Below the pieces are notes generated by a model. That model saw nothing but the letters and a program-made list of their open reading frames with translations, was not told where the DNA came from and searched no databases. DNA of 64,000 bases. It comes from Eledone cirrhosa (taxonomy: Eukaryota). The position numbers were made by a program, and so were the translations under genes. Below, in pieces: positions 9,801 to 23,400 of the stretch; the stretch's first letter is position 1, and the number at the start of each line of letters is the position of its first letter. Location: assembly GCA_964016885.1 (NCBI GenBank), contig CAXHJY010000442.1, positions 62,001-126,000 of the forward strand, in the 5' to 3' direction.

Positions 9801-12800
9801 CTATGTGTGGCGTGAATTTCAGCAAGATATCTCCGTAAAATCAATAGTTGTGGCTGTGGAACCAAACCGTGTTAAACGTCAACAAAGTCCGCCGGCGAAT
9901 GGTGTGCTTCGAAGAAAACGAATCCAAAAATGACGATTAGCCGGCGGATTTACCTTTTCAATCGCGGGCCGGCCGCCCGTGGTCGGATCGATCTGTAATT
10001 ACTGGTACATGTGCAGACACTCATTGCCTATGTGTGGCGTGAATTTCAGCAAGATATCTCCGTAAAATCAATAGTTGTGGCTGTGGAACCAAACCGTGTT
10101 AAACGTCAACAAAGTCCGCCGGCGAATGGTGTGCTTCGAAGAAAACGAATCCAAAAATGACGATTAGCCGGCGGATTTACCTTTTTAATCGCGGGCCGGC
10201 CGCCCGCGGTCGGATCGATCTGTAATTACTGGTACATGTGCAGATACTCATTGGCTATGTGTGGCGTGAATTTCAGCAAGATATCTCCGTAAAATCAATA
10301 GTTGTGGCTGTGGAACCAAACCGTGTTAAACGTCAACAAACTCCGCCGGCGAATGGTGTGCTTCGAAGAAAACGAATCCAAAAATGACGATTAGCCGGCG
10401 GATTTACCTTTTCAATCGCGGGCCGGCCGCCCGTGGTCGGATCGATCTGTAATTACTGGTACATGTGCAGACACTCATTGGCTATGTGTGGCGTGAATTT
10501 CAGCAAGATATCTCCGTAAAATCAATAGTTGTGGCTGTGGAACCAAACCGTGTTAAACGTCAACAAAGTCCGCCGGCGAATGGTGTGCTTCGAAGAAAAC
10601 GAATCCAAAAATGACGATTAGCCGGCGGATTTACCTTTTCAATCGCGGGCCGGCCGCCCGTGGTCGGATCGATCTGTAATTACTGGTACATGTGCAGACA
10701 CTCATTGGCTATGTGTGGCGTGAATTTCAGCAAGATATCTCCGTAAAATCAATAGTTGTGGCTGTGGAACCAAACCGTGTTAAACGTCAACAAAGTCCGC
10801 CGGCGAATGGTGTGCTTCGAAGAAAACGAATCCAAAAATGACGATTAGCCGGCGGATTTACCTTTTTAATCGCGGGCCGGCCGCCCGCGGTCGGATCGAT
10901 CTGTAATTACTGGTACATGTGCAGACACTCATTGGCTATGTGTGGCGTGAATTTCAGCAAGATATCTCCGTAAAATCAATAGTTGTGGCTGTGGAACCAA
11001 ACCGTGTTAAACGTCAACAAAGTCCGCCGGCGAATGGTGTGCTTCGAAGAAAACGAATCCAAAAATGACGATTAGCCGGCGGATTTACCTTTTTAATCGC
11101 GGGCCGGCCGCCCGCGGTCGGATCGATCTGTAATTACTGGTACATGTGCAGACACTCATTGGCTATGTGTGGCGTGAATTTCAGCAAGATATCTCCGTAA
11201 AATCAATAGTTGTGGCTGTGGAACCAAACCGTGTTAAACGTCAACAAAGTCCGCCGGCGAATGGTGTGCTTCGAAGAAAACGAATCCAAAAATGACGATT
11301 AGCCGGCGGATTTACCTTTTCAATCGCGGGCCGGCCGCCCGTGGTCGGATCGATCTGTAATTACTGGTACATGTGCAGACACTTATTGGCTATGTGTGGC
11401 GTGAATTTCAGCAAGATATCTCCGTAAAATCAATAGTTGTGGCTGTGGAACCAAACCGTGTTAAACGTCAACAAAGTCCGCCGGCGAATGGTGTGCTTCG
11501 AAGAAAACGAATCCAAATATGACGATTAGCCGGCGGATTTACCTTTTTAATCGCGGGCCGGCCGCCCGCGGTCGGATCGATCTGTAATTACTGGTACATG
11601 TGCAGATACTCATTGGCTATGTGTGGCGTGAATTTCAGCAAGATATCTCCGTAAAATCAATAGTTGTGGCTGTGGAACCAAACCGTGTTAAACGTCAACA
11701 AAGTCCGCCGGCGAATGGTGTGCTTCGAAGAAAACGAATCCAAAAATGACGATTAGCCGGCGGATTTACCTTTTCAATCGCGGGCCGGCCGCCCGTGGTC
11801 GGATCGATCTGTAATTACTGGTACATGTGCAGACACTCATTGGCTATGTGTGGCGTGAATTTCAGCAAGATATCTCCGTAAAATCAATAGTTGTGGCTGT
11901 GGAACCAAACCGTGTTAAACGTCAACAAAGTCCGCCGGCGAATGGTGTGCTTCGAAGAAAACGAATCCAAAAATGACGATTAGCCGGCGGATTTACCTTT
12001 TTAATCGCGGGCCGGCCGCCCGCGGTCGGATCGATCTGTAATTACTGGTACATGTGCAGACACTCATTGGCTATGTGTGGCGTGAATTTCAGCAAGATAT
12101 CTCCGTAAAATCAATAGTTGTGGCTGTGGAACCAAACCGTGTTAAACGTCAACAAAGTCCGCCGGCGAATGGTGTGCTTCGAAGAAAACGAATCCAAAAA
12201 TGACGATTAGCCGGCGGATTTACCTTTTCAATCGCGGGCCGGCCGCCCGTGGTCGGATCGATCTGTAATTACTGGTACATGTGCAGAGACTTATTGGCTA
12301 TATGTGGCGTGAATTTCAGCAAGATATCTCCGTAAAATCAATAGTTGTGACTGTGGAACCAAACCGTGTTAAACGTCAACAAAGTCCGCCGGCGAATGGT
12401 GTGCTTCGAAGAAAACGAATCCAAAAATGACGATTAGCCGGCGGATTTACCTTTTTAATCGCGGGCCGGCCGCCCGCGGTCGGATCGATCTGTAATTACT
12501 GGTACATGTGCAGATACTCATTGGCTATGTGTGGCGTGAATTTCAGCAAGATATCTCCGTAAAATCAATAGTTGTGGCTGTGGAACCAAACCGTGTTAAA
12601 CGTCAACAAAGTCCGCCGGCGAATGGTGTGCTTCGAAGAAAACGAATCCAAAAATGACGATTAGCCGGCGGATTTACATTTTTAATCGCGGGCCGGCCGC
12701 CCGCGGTCGGATCGATCTGTAATTACTGGTACATGTGCAGATACTCATTGGCTATGTGTGGCGTGAATTTCAGCAAGATATCTCCGTAAAATCAATAGTT

Positions 12801-14982
12801 GTGGCTGTGGAACCAAACCGTGTTAAACGTCAACAAACTCCGCCGGCGAATGGTGTGCTTCGAAGAAAACGAATCCAAAAATGACGATTAGCCGGCGGAT
12901 TTACCTTTTCAATCGCGGGCCGGCCGCCCGTGGTCGGATCGATCTGTAATTACTGGTACATGTGCAGACACTCATTGGCTATGTGTGGCGTGAATTTCAG
13001 CAAGATATCTCCGTAAAATCAATAGTTGTGGCTGTGGAACCAAACCGTGTTAAACGTCAACAAAGTCCGCCGGCGAATGGTGTGCTTCGAAGAAAACGAA
13101 TCCAAAAATGACGATTAGCCGGCGGATTTACCTTTTTAATCGCGGGCCGGCCGCCCGCGGTCGGATCGATCTGTAATTACTGGTACATGTGCAGATACTC
13201 ATTGGCTATGTGTGGCGTGAATTTCAGCAAGATATCTCCGTAAAATCAATAGTTGTGGCTGTGGAACCAAACCGTGTTAAACGTCAACAAAGTCCGCCGG
13301 CGAATGGTGTGCTTCGAAGAAAACGAATCAAAAAATGACGATTAGCCGGCGGATTTACCTTTTCCATCGCGGGCCGGCCGCCCGTGGTCGGATCGATCTG
13401 TAATTACTGGTACATGTGCAGACACTCATTGGCTATGTGTGGCGTGAATTTCAGCAAGATATCTCCGTAAAATCAATAGTTGTGGCTGTGGAACCAAACC
13501 GTGTTAAACGTCAACAAACTCCGCCGGCGAATGGTGTGCTTCGAAGAAAACGAATCCAAAAATGACGATTAGCCGGCGGATTTACCTTTTCAATCGCGGG
13601 CCGGCCGCCCGTGGTCGGATCGATCTGTAATTACTGGTACATGTGCAGACACTTATTGGCTATGTGTGGCGTGAATTTCAGCAAGATATCTCCGTAAAAT
13701 CAATAGTTGTGGCTGTGGAACCAAACCGTGTTAAACGTCAACAAAGTCCGCCGGCGAATGGTGTGCTTCGAAGAAAACGAATCCAAAAATGACGATTAGC
13801 CGGCGGATTTACCTTTTTAATCGCGGGCCGGCCGCCCGCGGTCGGATCGATCTGTAATTACTGGTACATGTGCAGATACTCATTGGCTATGTGTGGCGTG
13901 AATTTCAGCAAGATATCTCCGTAAAATCAATAGTTGTGGCTGTGGAACCAAACCGTGTTAAACGTCAACAAAGTCCGCCGGCGAATGGTGTGCTTCGAAG
14001 AAAACGAATCCAAAAATGACGATTAGCCGGCGGATTTACCTTTTCAATCGCGGGCCGGCCGCCCGTGGTCGGATCGATCTGTAATTACTGGTACATGTGC
14101 AGACACTCATTGCCTATGTGTGGCGTGAATTTCAGCAAGATATCTCCGTAAAATCAATAGTTGTGGCTGTGGAACCAAACCGTGTTAAACGTCAACAAAG
14201 TCCGCCGGCGAATGGTGTGCTTCGAAGAAAACGAATCCAAAAATGACGATTAGCCGGCGGATTTACCTTTTTAATCGCGGGCCGGCCGCCCGCGGTCGGA
14301 TCGATCTGTAATTACTGGTACATGTGCAGATACTCATTGGCTATGTGTGGCGTGAATTTCAGCAAGATATCTCCGTAAAATCAATAGTTGTGGCTGTGGA
14401 ACCAAACCGTGTTAAACGTCAACAAACTCCGCCGGCGAATGGTGTGCTTCGAAGAAAACGAATCCAAAAATGACGATTAGCCGGCGGATTTACCTTTTCA
14501 ATCGCGGGCCGGCCGCCCGTGGTCGGATCGATCTGTAATTACTGGTACATGTGCAGACACTCATTGGCTATGTGTGGCGTGAATTTCAGCAAGATATCTC
14601 CGTAAAATCAATAGTTGTGGCTGTGGAACCAAACCGTGTTAAACGTCAACAAAGTCCGCCGGCGAATGGTGTGCTTCGAAGAAAACGAATCCAAAAATGA
14701 CGATTAGCCGGCGGATTTACCTTTTCAATCGCGGGCCGGCCGCCCGTGGTCGGATCGATCTGTAATTACTGGTACATGTGCAGACACTCATTGGCTATGT
14801 GTGGCGTGAATTTCAGCAAGATATCTCCGTAAAATCAATAGTTGTGGCTGTGGAACCAAACCGTGTTAAACGTCAACAAAGTCCGCCGGCGAATGGTGTG
14901 CTTCGAAGAAAACGAATCCAAAAATGACGATTAGCCGGCGGATTTACCTTTTCAATCGCGGGCCGGCCGCCCGTGGTCGGAT
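6811..14982 (+). repeat. Tandem duplication of an 18-monomer block (4086 bp x 2); boundaries approximate
   Basis: Markers recur at a 4086-bp offset: T34 monomers at 7265/11351, G30-T34-A92 monomers at 8173/12259, A164 at 9244/13330, C39 monomers at 9989/14075. Confidence 0.85.
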
Positions 14983-17479
14983 CGATCTGTAATTACTGGT
15001 ACATGTGCAGACACTTATTGGCTATGTGTGGCGTGAATTTCAGCAAGATATCTCCGTAAAATCAATAGTTGTGGCTGTGGAACCAAACCGTGTTAAACGT
15101 CAACAAAGTCCGCCGGCGAATGGTGTGCTTCGAAGAAAACGAATCCAAAAATGACGATTAGCCGGCGGATTTACCTTTTCAATCGCGGGCCGGCCGCCCG
15201 TGGTCGGATCGATCTGTAATTACTGGTACATGTGCAGAGACTTATTGGCTATGTGTGGCGTGAATTTCAGCAAGATATCTCCGTAAAATCAATAGTTGTG
15301 ACTGTGGAACCAAACCGTGTTAAACGTCAACAAAGTCCGCCGGCGAATGGTGTGCTTCGAAGAAAACGAATCCAAAAATGACGATTAGCCGGCGGATTTA
15401 CCTTTTTAATCGCGGGCCGGCCGCCCGCGGTCGGATCGATCTGTAATTACTGGTACATGTGCAGATACTCATTGGCTATGTGTGGCGTGAATTTCAGCAA
15501 GATATCTCCGTAAAATCAATAGTTGTGGCTGTGGAACCAAACCGTGTTAAACGTCAACAAAGTCCGCCGGCGAATGGTGTGCTTCGAAGAAAACGAATCC
15601 AAAAATGACGATTAGCCGGCGGATTTACCTTTTTAATCGCGGGCCGGCCGCCCGCGGTCGGATCGATCTGTAATTACTGGTACATGTGCAGATACTCATT
15701 GGCTATGTGTGGCGTGAATTTCAGCAAGATATCTCCGTAAAATCAATAGTTGTGGCTGTGGAACCAAACCGTGTTAAACGTCAACAAACTCCGCCGGCGA
15801 ATGGTGTGCTTCGAAGAAAACGAATCCAAAAATGACGATTAGCCGGCGGATTTACCTTTTCAATCGCGGGCCGGCCGCCCGTGGTCGGATCGATCTGTAA
15901 TTACTGGTACATGTGCAGACACTCATTGGCTATGTGTGGCGTGAATTTCAGCAAGATATCTCCGTAAAATCAATAGTTGTGGCTGTGGAACCAAACCGTG
16001 TTAAACGTCAACAAAGTCCGCCGGCGAATGGTGTGCTTCGAAGAAAACGAATCCAAAAATGACGATTAGCCGGCGGATTTACCTTTTTAATCGCGGGCCG
16101 GCCGCCCGCGGTCGGATCGATCTGTAATTACTGGTACATGTGCAGATACTCATTGGCTATGTGTGGCGTGAATTTCAGCAAGATATCTCCGTAAAATCAA
16201 TAGTTGTGGCTGTGGAACCAAACCGTGTTAAACGTCAACAAAGTCCGCCGGCGAATGGTGTGCTTCGAAGAAAACGAATCAAAAAATGACGATTAGCCGG
16301 CGGATTTACCTTTTCCATCGCGGGCCGGCCGCCCGTGGTCGGATCGATCTGTAATTACTGGTACATGTGCAGACACTCATTGGCTATGTGTGGCGTGAAT
16401 TTCAGCAAGATATCTCCGTAAAATCAATAGTTGTGGCTGTGGAACCAAACCGTGTTAAACGTCAACAAACTCCGCCGGCGAATGGTGTGCTTCGAAGAAA
16501 ACGAATCCAAAAATGACGATTAGCCGGCGGATTTACCTTTTCAATCGCGGGCCGGCCGCCCGTGGTCGGATCGATCTGTAATTACTGGTACATGTGCAGA
16601 CACTTATTGGCTATGTGTGGCGTGAATTTCAGCAAGATATCTCCGTAAAATCAATAGTTGTGGCTGTGGAACCAAACCGTGTTAAACGTCAACAAAGTCC
16701 GCCGGCGAATGGTGTGCTTCGAAGAAAACGAATCCAAAAATGACGATTAGCCGGCGGATTTACCTTTTTAATCGCGGGCCGGCCGCCCGCGGTCGGATCG
16801 ATCTGTAATTACTGGTACATGTGCAGATACTCATTGGCTATGTGTGGCGTGAATTTCAGCAAGATATCTCCGTAAAATCAATAGTTGTGGCTGTGGAACC
16901 AAACCGTGTTAAACGTCAACAAACTCCGCCGGCGAATGGTGTGCTTCGAAGAAAACGAATCCAAAAATGACGATTAGCCGGCGGATTTACCTTTTCAATC
17001 GCGGGCCGGCCGCCCGTGGTCGGATCGATCTGTAATTACTGGTACATGTGCAGACACTCATTGGCTATGTGTGGCGTGAATTTCAGCAAGATATCTCCGT
17101 AAAATCAATAGTTGTGGCTGTGGAACCAAACCGTGTTAAACGTCAACAAAGTCCGCCGGCGAATGGTGTGCTTCGAAGAAAACGAATCCAAAAATGACGA
17201 TTAGCCGGCGGATTTACCTTTTCAATCGCGGGCCGGCCGCCCGTGGTCGGATCGATCTGTAATTACTGGTACATGTGCAGACACTCATTGGCTATGTGTG
17301 GCGTGAATTTCAGCAAGATATCTCCGTAAAATCAATAGTTGTGGCTGTGGAACCAAACCGTGTTAAACGTCAACAAAGTCCGCCGGCGAATGGTGTGCTT
17401 CGAAGAAAACGAATCCAAAAATGACGATTAGCCGGCGGATTTACCTTTTCAATCGCGGGCCGGCCGCCCGTGGTCGGAT

Positions 17480-20400
17480 CGATCTGTAATTACTGGTACA
17501 TGTGCAGAGACTTATTGGCTATGTGTGGCGTGAATTTCAGCAAGATATCTCCGTAAAATCAATAGTTGTGACTGTGGAACCAAACCGTGTTAAACGTCAA
17601 CAAAGTCCGCCGGCGAATGGTGTGCTTCGAAGAAAACGAATCCAAAAATGACGATTAGCCGGCGGATTTACCTTTTTAATCGCGGGCCGGCCGCCCGCGG
17701 TCGGATCGATCTGTAATTACTGGTACATGTGCAGATACTCATTGGCTATGTGTGGCGTGAATTTCAGCAAGATATCTCCGTAAAATCAATAGTTGTGGCT
17801 GTGGAACCAAACCGTGTTAAACGTCAACAAAGTCCGCCGGCGAATGGTGTGCTTCGAAGAAAACGAATCCAAAAATGACGATTAGCCGGCGGATTTACCT
17901 TTTTAATCGCGGGCCGGCCGCCCGCGGTCGGATCGATCTGTAATTACTGGTACATGTGCAGATACTCATTGGCTATGTGTGGCGTGAATTTCAGCAAGAT
18001 ATCTCCGTAAAATCAATAGTTGTGGCTGTGGAACCAAACCGTGTTAAACGTCAACAAACTCCGCCGGCGAATGGTGTGCTTCGAAGAAAACGAATCCAAA
18101 AATGACGATTAGCCGGCGGATTTACCTTTTCAATCGCGGGCCGGCCGCCCGTGGTCGGATCGATCTGTAATTACTGGTACATGTGCAGACACTCATTGGC
18201 TATGTGTGGCGTGAATTTCAGCAAGATATCTCCGTAAAATCAATAGTTGTGGCTGTGGAACCAAACCGTGTTAAACGTCAACAAAGTCCGCCGGCGAATG
18301 GTGTGCTTCGAAGAAAACGAATCCAAAAATGACGATTAGCCGGCGGATTTACCTTTTTAATCGCGGGCCGGCCGCCCGCGGTCGGATCGATCTGTAATTA
18401 CTGGTACATGTGCAGATACTCATTGGCTATGTGTGGCGTGAATTTCAGCAAGATATCTCCGTAAAATCAATAGTTGTGGCTGTGGAACCAAACCGTGTTA
18501 AACGTCAACAAAGTCCGCCGGCGAATGGTGTGCTTCGAAGAAAACGAATCCAAAAATGACGATTAGCCGGCGGATTTACCTTTTTCATCGCGGGCCGGCC
18601 GCCCGTGGTCGGATCGATCTGTAATTACTGGTACATGTGCAGACACTCATTGGCTATGTGTGGCGTGAATTTCAGCAAGATATCTCCGTAAAATCAATAG
18701 TTGTGGCTGTGGAACCAAACCGTGTTAAACGTCAACAAACTCCGCCGGCGAATGGTGTGCTTCGAAGAAAACGAATCCAAAAATGACGATTAGCCGGCGG
18801 ATTTACCTTTTCAATCGCGGGCCGGCCGCCCGTGGTCGGATCGATCTGTAATTACTGGTACATGTGCAGACACTTATTGGCTATGTGTGGCGTGAATTTC
18901 AGCAAGATATCTCCGTAAAATCAATAGTTGTGGCTGTGGAACCAAACCGTGTTAAACGTCAACAAAGTCCGCCGGCGAATGGTGTGCTTCGAAGAAAACG
19001 AATCCAAAAATGACGATTAGCCGGCGGATTTACCTTTTTAATCGCGGGCCGGCCGCCCGCGGTCGGATCGATCTGTAATTACTGGTACATGTGCAGATAC
19101 TCATTGGCTATGTGTGGCGTGAATTTCAGCAAGATATCTCCGTAAAATCAATAGTTGTGGCTGTGGAACCAAACCGTGTTAAACCTCAACAAAGTCCGCC
19201 GGCGAATGGTGTGCTTCGAAGAAAACGAATCCAAAAATGACGATTAGCCGGCGGATTTACCTTTTCAATCGCGGGCCGGCCGCCCGTGGTCGGATCGATC
19301 TGTAATTACTGGTACATGTGCAGACACTCATTGGCTATGTGTGGCGTGAATTTCAGCAAGATATCTCCGTAAAATCAATAGTTGTGGCTGTGGAACCAAA
19401 CCGTGTTAAACGTCAACAAAGTCCGCCGGCGAATGGTGTGCTTCGAAGAAAACGAATCCAAAAATGACGATTAGCCGGCGGATTTACCTTTTCAATCGCG
19501 GGCCGGCCGCCCGTGGTCGGATCGATCTGTAATTACTGGTACATGTGCAGAGACTTATTGGCTATGTGTGGCGTGAATTTCAGCAAGATATCTCCGTAAA
19601 ATCAATAGTTGTGACTGTGGAACCAAACCGTGTTAAACGTCAACAAAGTCCGCCGGCGAATGGTGTGCTTCGAAGAAAACGAATCCAAAAATGACGATTA
19701 GCCGGCGGATTTACCTTTTTAATCGCGGGCCGGCCGCCCGCGGTCGGATCGATCTGTAATTACTGGTACATGTGCAGATACTCATTGGCTATGTGTGGCG
19801 TGAATTTCAGCAAGATATCTCCGTAAAATCAATAGTTGTGGCTGTGGAACCAAACCGTGTTAAACGTCAACAAACTCCGCCGGCGAATGGTGTGCTTCGA
19901 AGAAAACGAATCCAAAAATGACGATTAGCCGGCGGATTTACCTTTTCAATCGCGGGCCGGCCGCCCGTGGTCGGATCGATCTGTAATTACTGGTACATGT
20001 GCAGACACTCATTGGCTATGTGTGGCGTGAATTTCAGCAAGATATCTCCGTAAAATCAATAGTTGTGGCTGTGGAACCAAACCGTGTTAAACGTCAACAA
20101 AGTCCGCCGGCGAATGGTGTGCTTCGAAGAAAACGAATCCAAAAATGACGATTAGCCGGCGGATTTACCTTTTTAATCGCGGGCCGGCCGCCCGCGGTCG
20201 GATCGATCTGTAATTACTGGTACATGTGCAGATACTCATTGGCTATGTGTGGCGTGAATTTCAGCAAGATATCTCCGTAAAATCAATAGTTGTGGCTGTG
20301 GAACCAAACCGTGTTAAACGTCAACAAAGTCCGCCGGCGAATGGTGTGCTTCGAAGAAAACGAATCCAAAAATGACGATTAGCCGGCGGATTTACCTTTT

Positions 20401-23400
20401 TAATCGCGGGCCGGCCGCCCGCGGTCGGATCGATCTGTAATTACTGGTACATGTGCAGATACTCATTGGCTATGTGTGGCGTGAATTTCAGCAAGATATC
20501 TCCGTAAAATCAATAGTTGTGGCTGTGGAACCAAACCGTGTTAAACGTCAACAAAGTCCGCCGGCGAATGGTGTGCTTCGAAGAAAACGAATCCAAAAAT
20601 GACGATTAGCCGGCGGATTTACCTTTTCAATCGCGGGCCGGCCGCCCGTGGTCGGATCGATCTGTAATTACTGGTACATGTGCAGACACTCATTGGCTAT
20701 GTGTGGCGTGAATTTCAGCAAGATATCTCCGTAAAATCAATAGTTGTGACTGTGGAACCAAACCGTGTTAAACGTCAACAAAGTCCGCCGGCGAATGGTG
20801 TGCTTCGAAGAAAACGAATCCAAAAATGACGATTAGCCGGCGGATTTACCTTTTTAATCGCGGGCCGGCCGCCCGCGGTCGGATCGATCTGTAATTACTG
20901 GTACATGTGCAGATACTCATTGGCTATGTGTGGCGTGAATTTCAGCAAGATATCTCCGTAAAATCAATAGTTGTGGCTGTGGAACCAAACCGTGTTAAAC
21001 GTCAACAAAGTCCGCCGGCGAATGGTGTGCTTCGAAGAAAACGAATCCAAAAATGACGATTAGCCGGCGGATTTACCTTTTTAATCGCGGGCCGGCCGCC
21101 CGCGGTCGGATCGATCTGTAATTACTGGTACATGTGCAGATACTCATTGGCTATGTGTGGCGTGAATTTCAGCAAGATATCTCCGTAAAATCAATAGTTG
21201 TGGCTGTGGAACCAAACCGTGTTAAACGTCAACAAACTCCGCCGGCGAATGGTGTGCTTCGAAGAAAACGAATCCAAAAATGACGATTAGCCGGCGGATT
21301 TACCTTTTCAATCGCGGGCCGGCCGCCCGTGGTCGGATCGATCTGTAATTACTGGTACATGTGCAGACACTCATTGGCTATGTGTGGCGTGAATTTCAGC
21401 AAGATATCTCCGTAAAATCAATAGTTGTGGCTGTGGAACCAAACCGTGTTAAACGTCAACAAAGTCCGCCGGCGAATGGTGTGCTTCGAAGAAAACGAAT
21501 CCAAAAATGACGATTAGCCGGCGGATTTACCTTTTTAATCGCGGGCCGGCCGCCCGCGGTCGGATCGATCTGTAATTACTGGTACATGTGCAGATACTCA
21601 TTGGCTATGTGTGGCGTGAATTTCAGCAAGATATCTCCGTAAAATCAATAGTTGTGGCTGTGGAACCAAACCGTGTTAAACGTCAACAAAGTCCGCCGGC
21701 GAATGGTGTGCTTCGAAGAAAACGAATCCAAAAATGACGATTAGCCGGCGGATTTACCTTTTTCATCGCGGGCCGGCCGCCCGTGGTCGGATCGATCTGT
21801 AATTACTGGTACATGTGCAGACACTCATTGGCTATGTGTGGCGTGAATTTCAGCAAGATATCTCCGTAAAATCAATAGTTGTGGCTGTGGAACCAAACCG
21901 TGTTAAACGTCAACAAACTCCGCCGGCGAATGGTGTGCTTCGAAGAAAACGAATCCAAAAATGACGATTAGCCGGCGGATTTACCTTTTCAATCGCGGGC
22001 CGGCCGCCCGTGGTCGGATCGATCTGTAATTACTGGTACATGTGCAGACACTTATTGGCTATGTGTGGCGTGAATTTCAGCAAGATATCTCCGTAAAATC
22101 AATAGTTGTGGCTGTGGAACCAAACCGTGTTAAACGTCAACAAAGTCCGCCGGCGAATGGTGTGCTTCGAAGAAAACGAATCCAAAAATGACGATTAGCC
22201 GGCGGATTTACCTTTTTAATCGCGGGCCGGCCGCCCGCGGTCGGATCGATCTGTAATTACTGGTACATGTGCAGATACTCATTGGCTATGTGTGGCGTGA
22301 ATTTCAGCAAGATATCTCCGTAAAATCAATAGTTGTGGCTGTGGAACCAAACCGTGTTAAACGTCAACAAAGTCCGCCGGCGAATGGTGTGCTTCGAAGA
22401 AAACGAATCCAAAAATGACGATTAGCCGGCGGATTTACCTTTTTAATCGCGGGCCGGCCGCCCGCGGTCGGATCGATCTGTAATTACTGGTACATGTGCA
22501 GATACTCATTGGCTATGTGTGGCGTGAATTTCAGCAAGATATCTCCGTAAAATCAATAGTTGTGGCTGTGGAACCAAACCGTGTTAAACGTCAACAAAGT
22601 CCGCCGGCGAATGGTGTGCTTCGAAGAAAACGAATCCAAAAATGACGATTAGCCGGCGGATTTACCTTTTCAATCGCGGGCCGGCCGCCCGTGGTCGGAT
22701 CGATCTGTAATTACTGGTACATGTGCAGACACTCATTGGCTATGTGTGGCGTGAATTTCAGCAAGATATCTCCGTAAAATCAATAGTTGTGACTGTGGAA
22801 CCAAACCGTGTTAAACGTCAACAAAGTCCGCCGGCGAATGGTGTGCTTCGAAGAAAACGAATCCAAAAATGACGATTAGCCGGCGGATTTACCTTTTTAA
22901 TCGCGGGCCGGCCGCCCGCGGTCGGATCGATCTGTAATTACTGGTACATGTGCAGATACTCATTGGCTATGTGTGGCGTGAATTTCAGCAAGATATCTCC
23001 GTAAAATCAATAGTTGTGGCTGTGGAACCAAACCGTGTTAAACGTCAACAAAGTCCGCCGGCGAATGGTGTGCTTCGAAGAAAACGAATCCAAAAATGAC
23101 GATTAGCCGGCGGATTTACCTTTTTAATCGCGGGCCGGCCGCCCGCGGTCGGATCGATCTGTAATTACTGGTACATGTGCAGATACTCATTGGCTATGTG
23201 TGGCGTGAATTTCAGCAAGATATCTCCGTAAAATCAATAGTTGTGGCTGTGGAACCAAACCGTGTTAAACGTCAACAAACTCCGCCGGCGAATGGTGTGC
23301 TTCGAAGAAAACGAATCCAAAAATGACGATTAGCCGGCGGATTTACCTTTTCAATCGCGGGCCGGCCGCCCGTGGTCGGATCGATCTGTAATTACTGGTA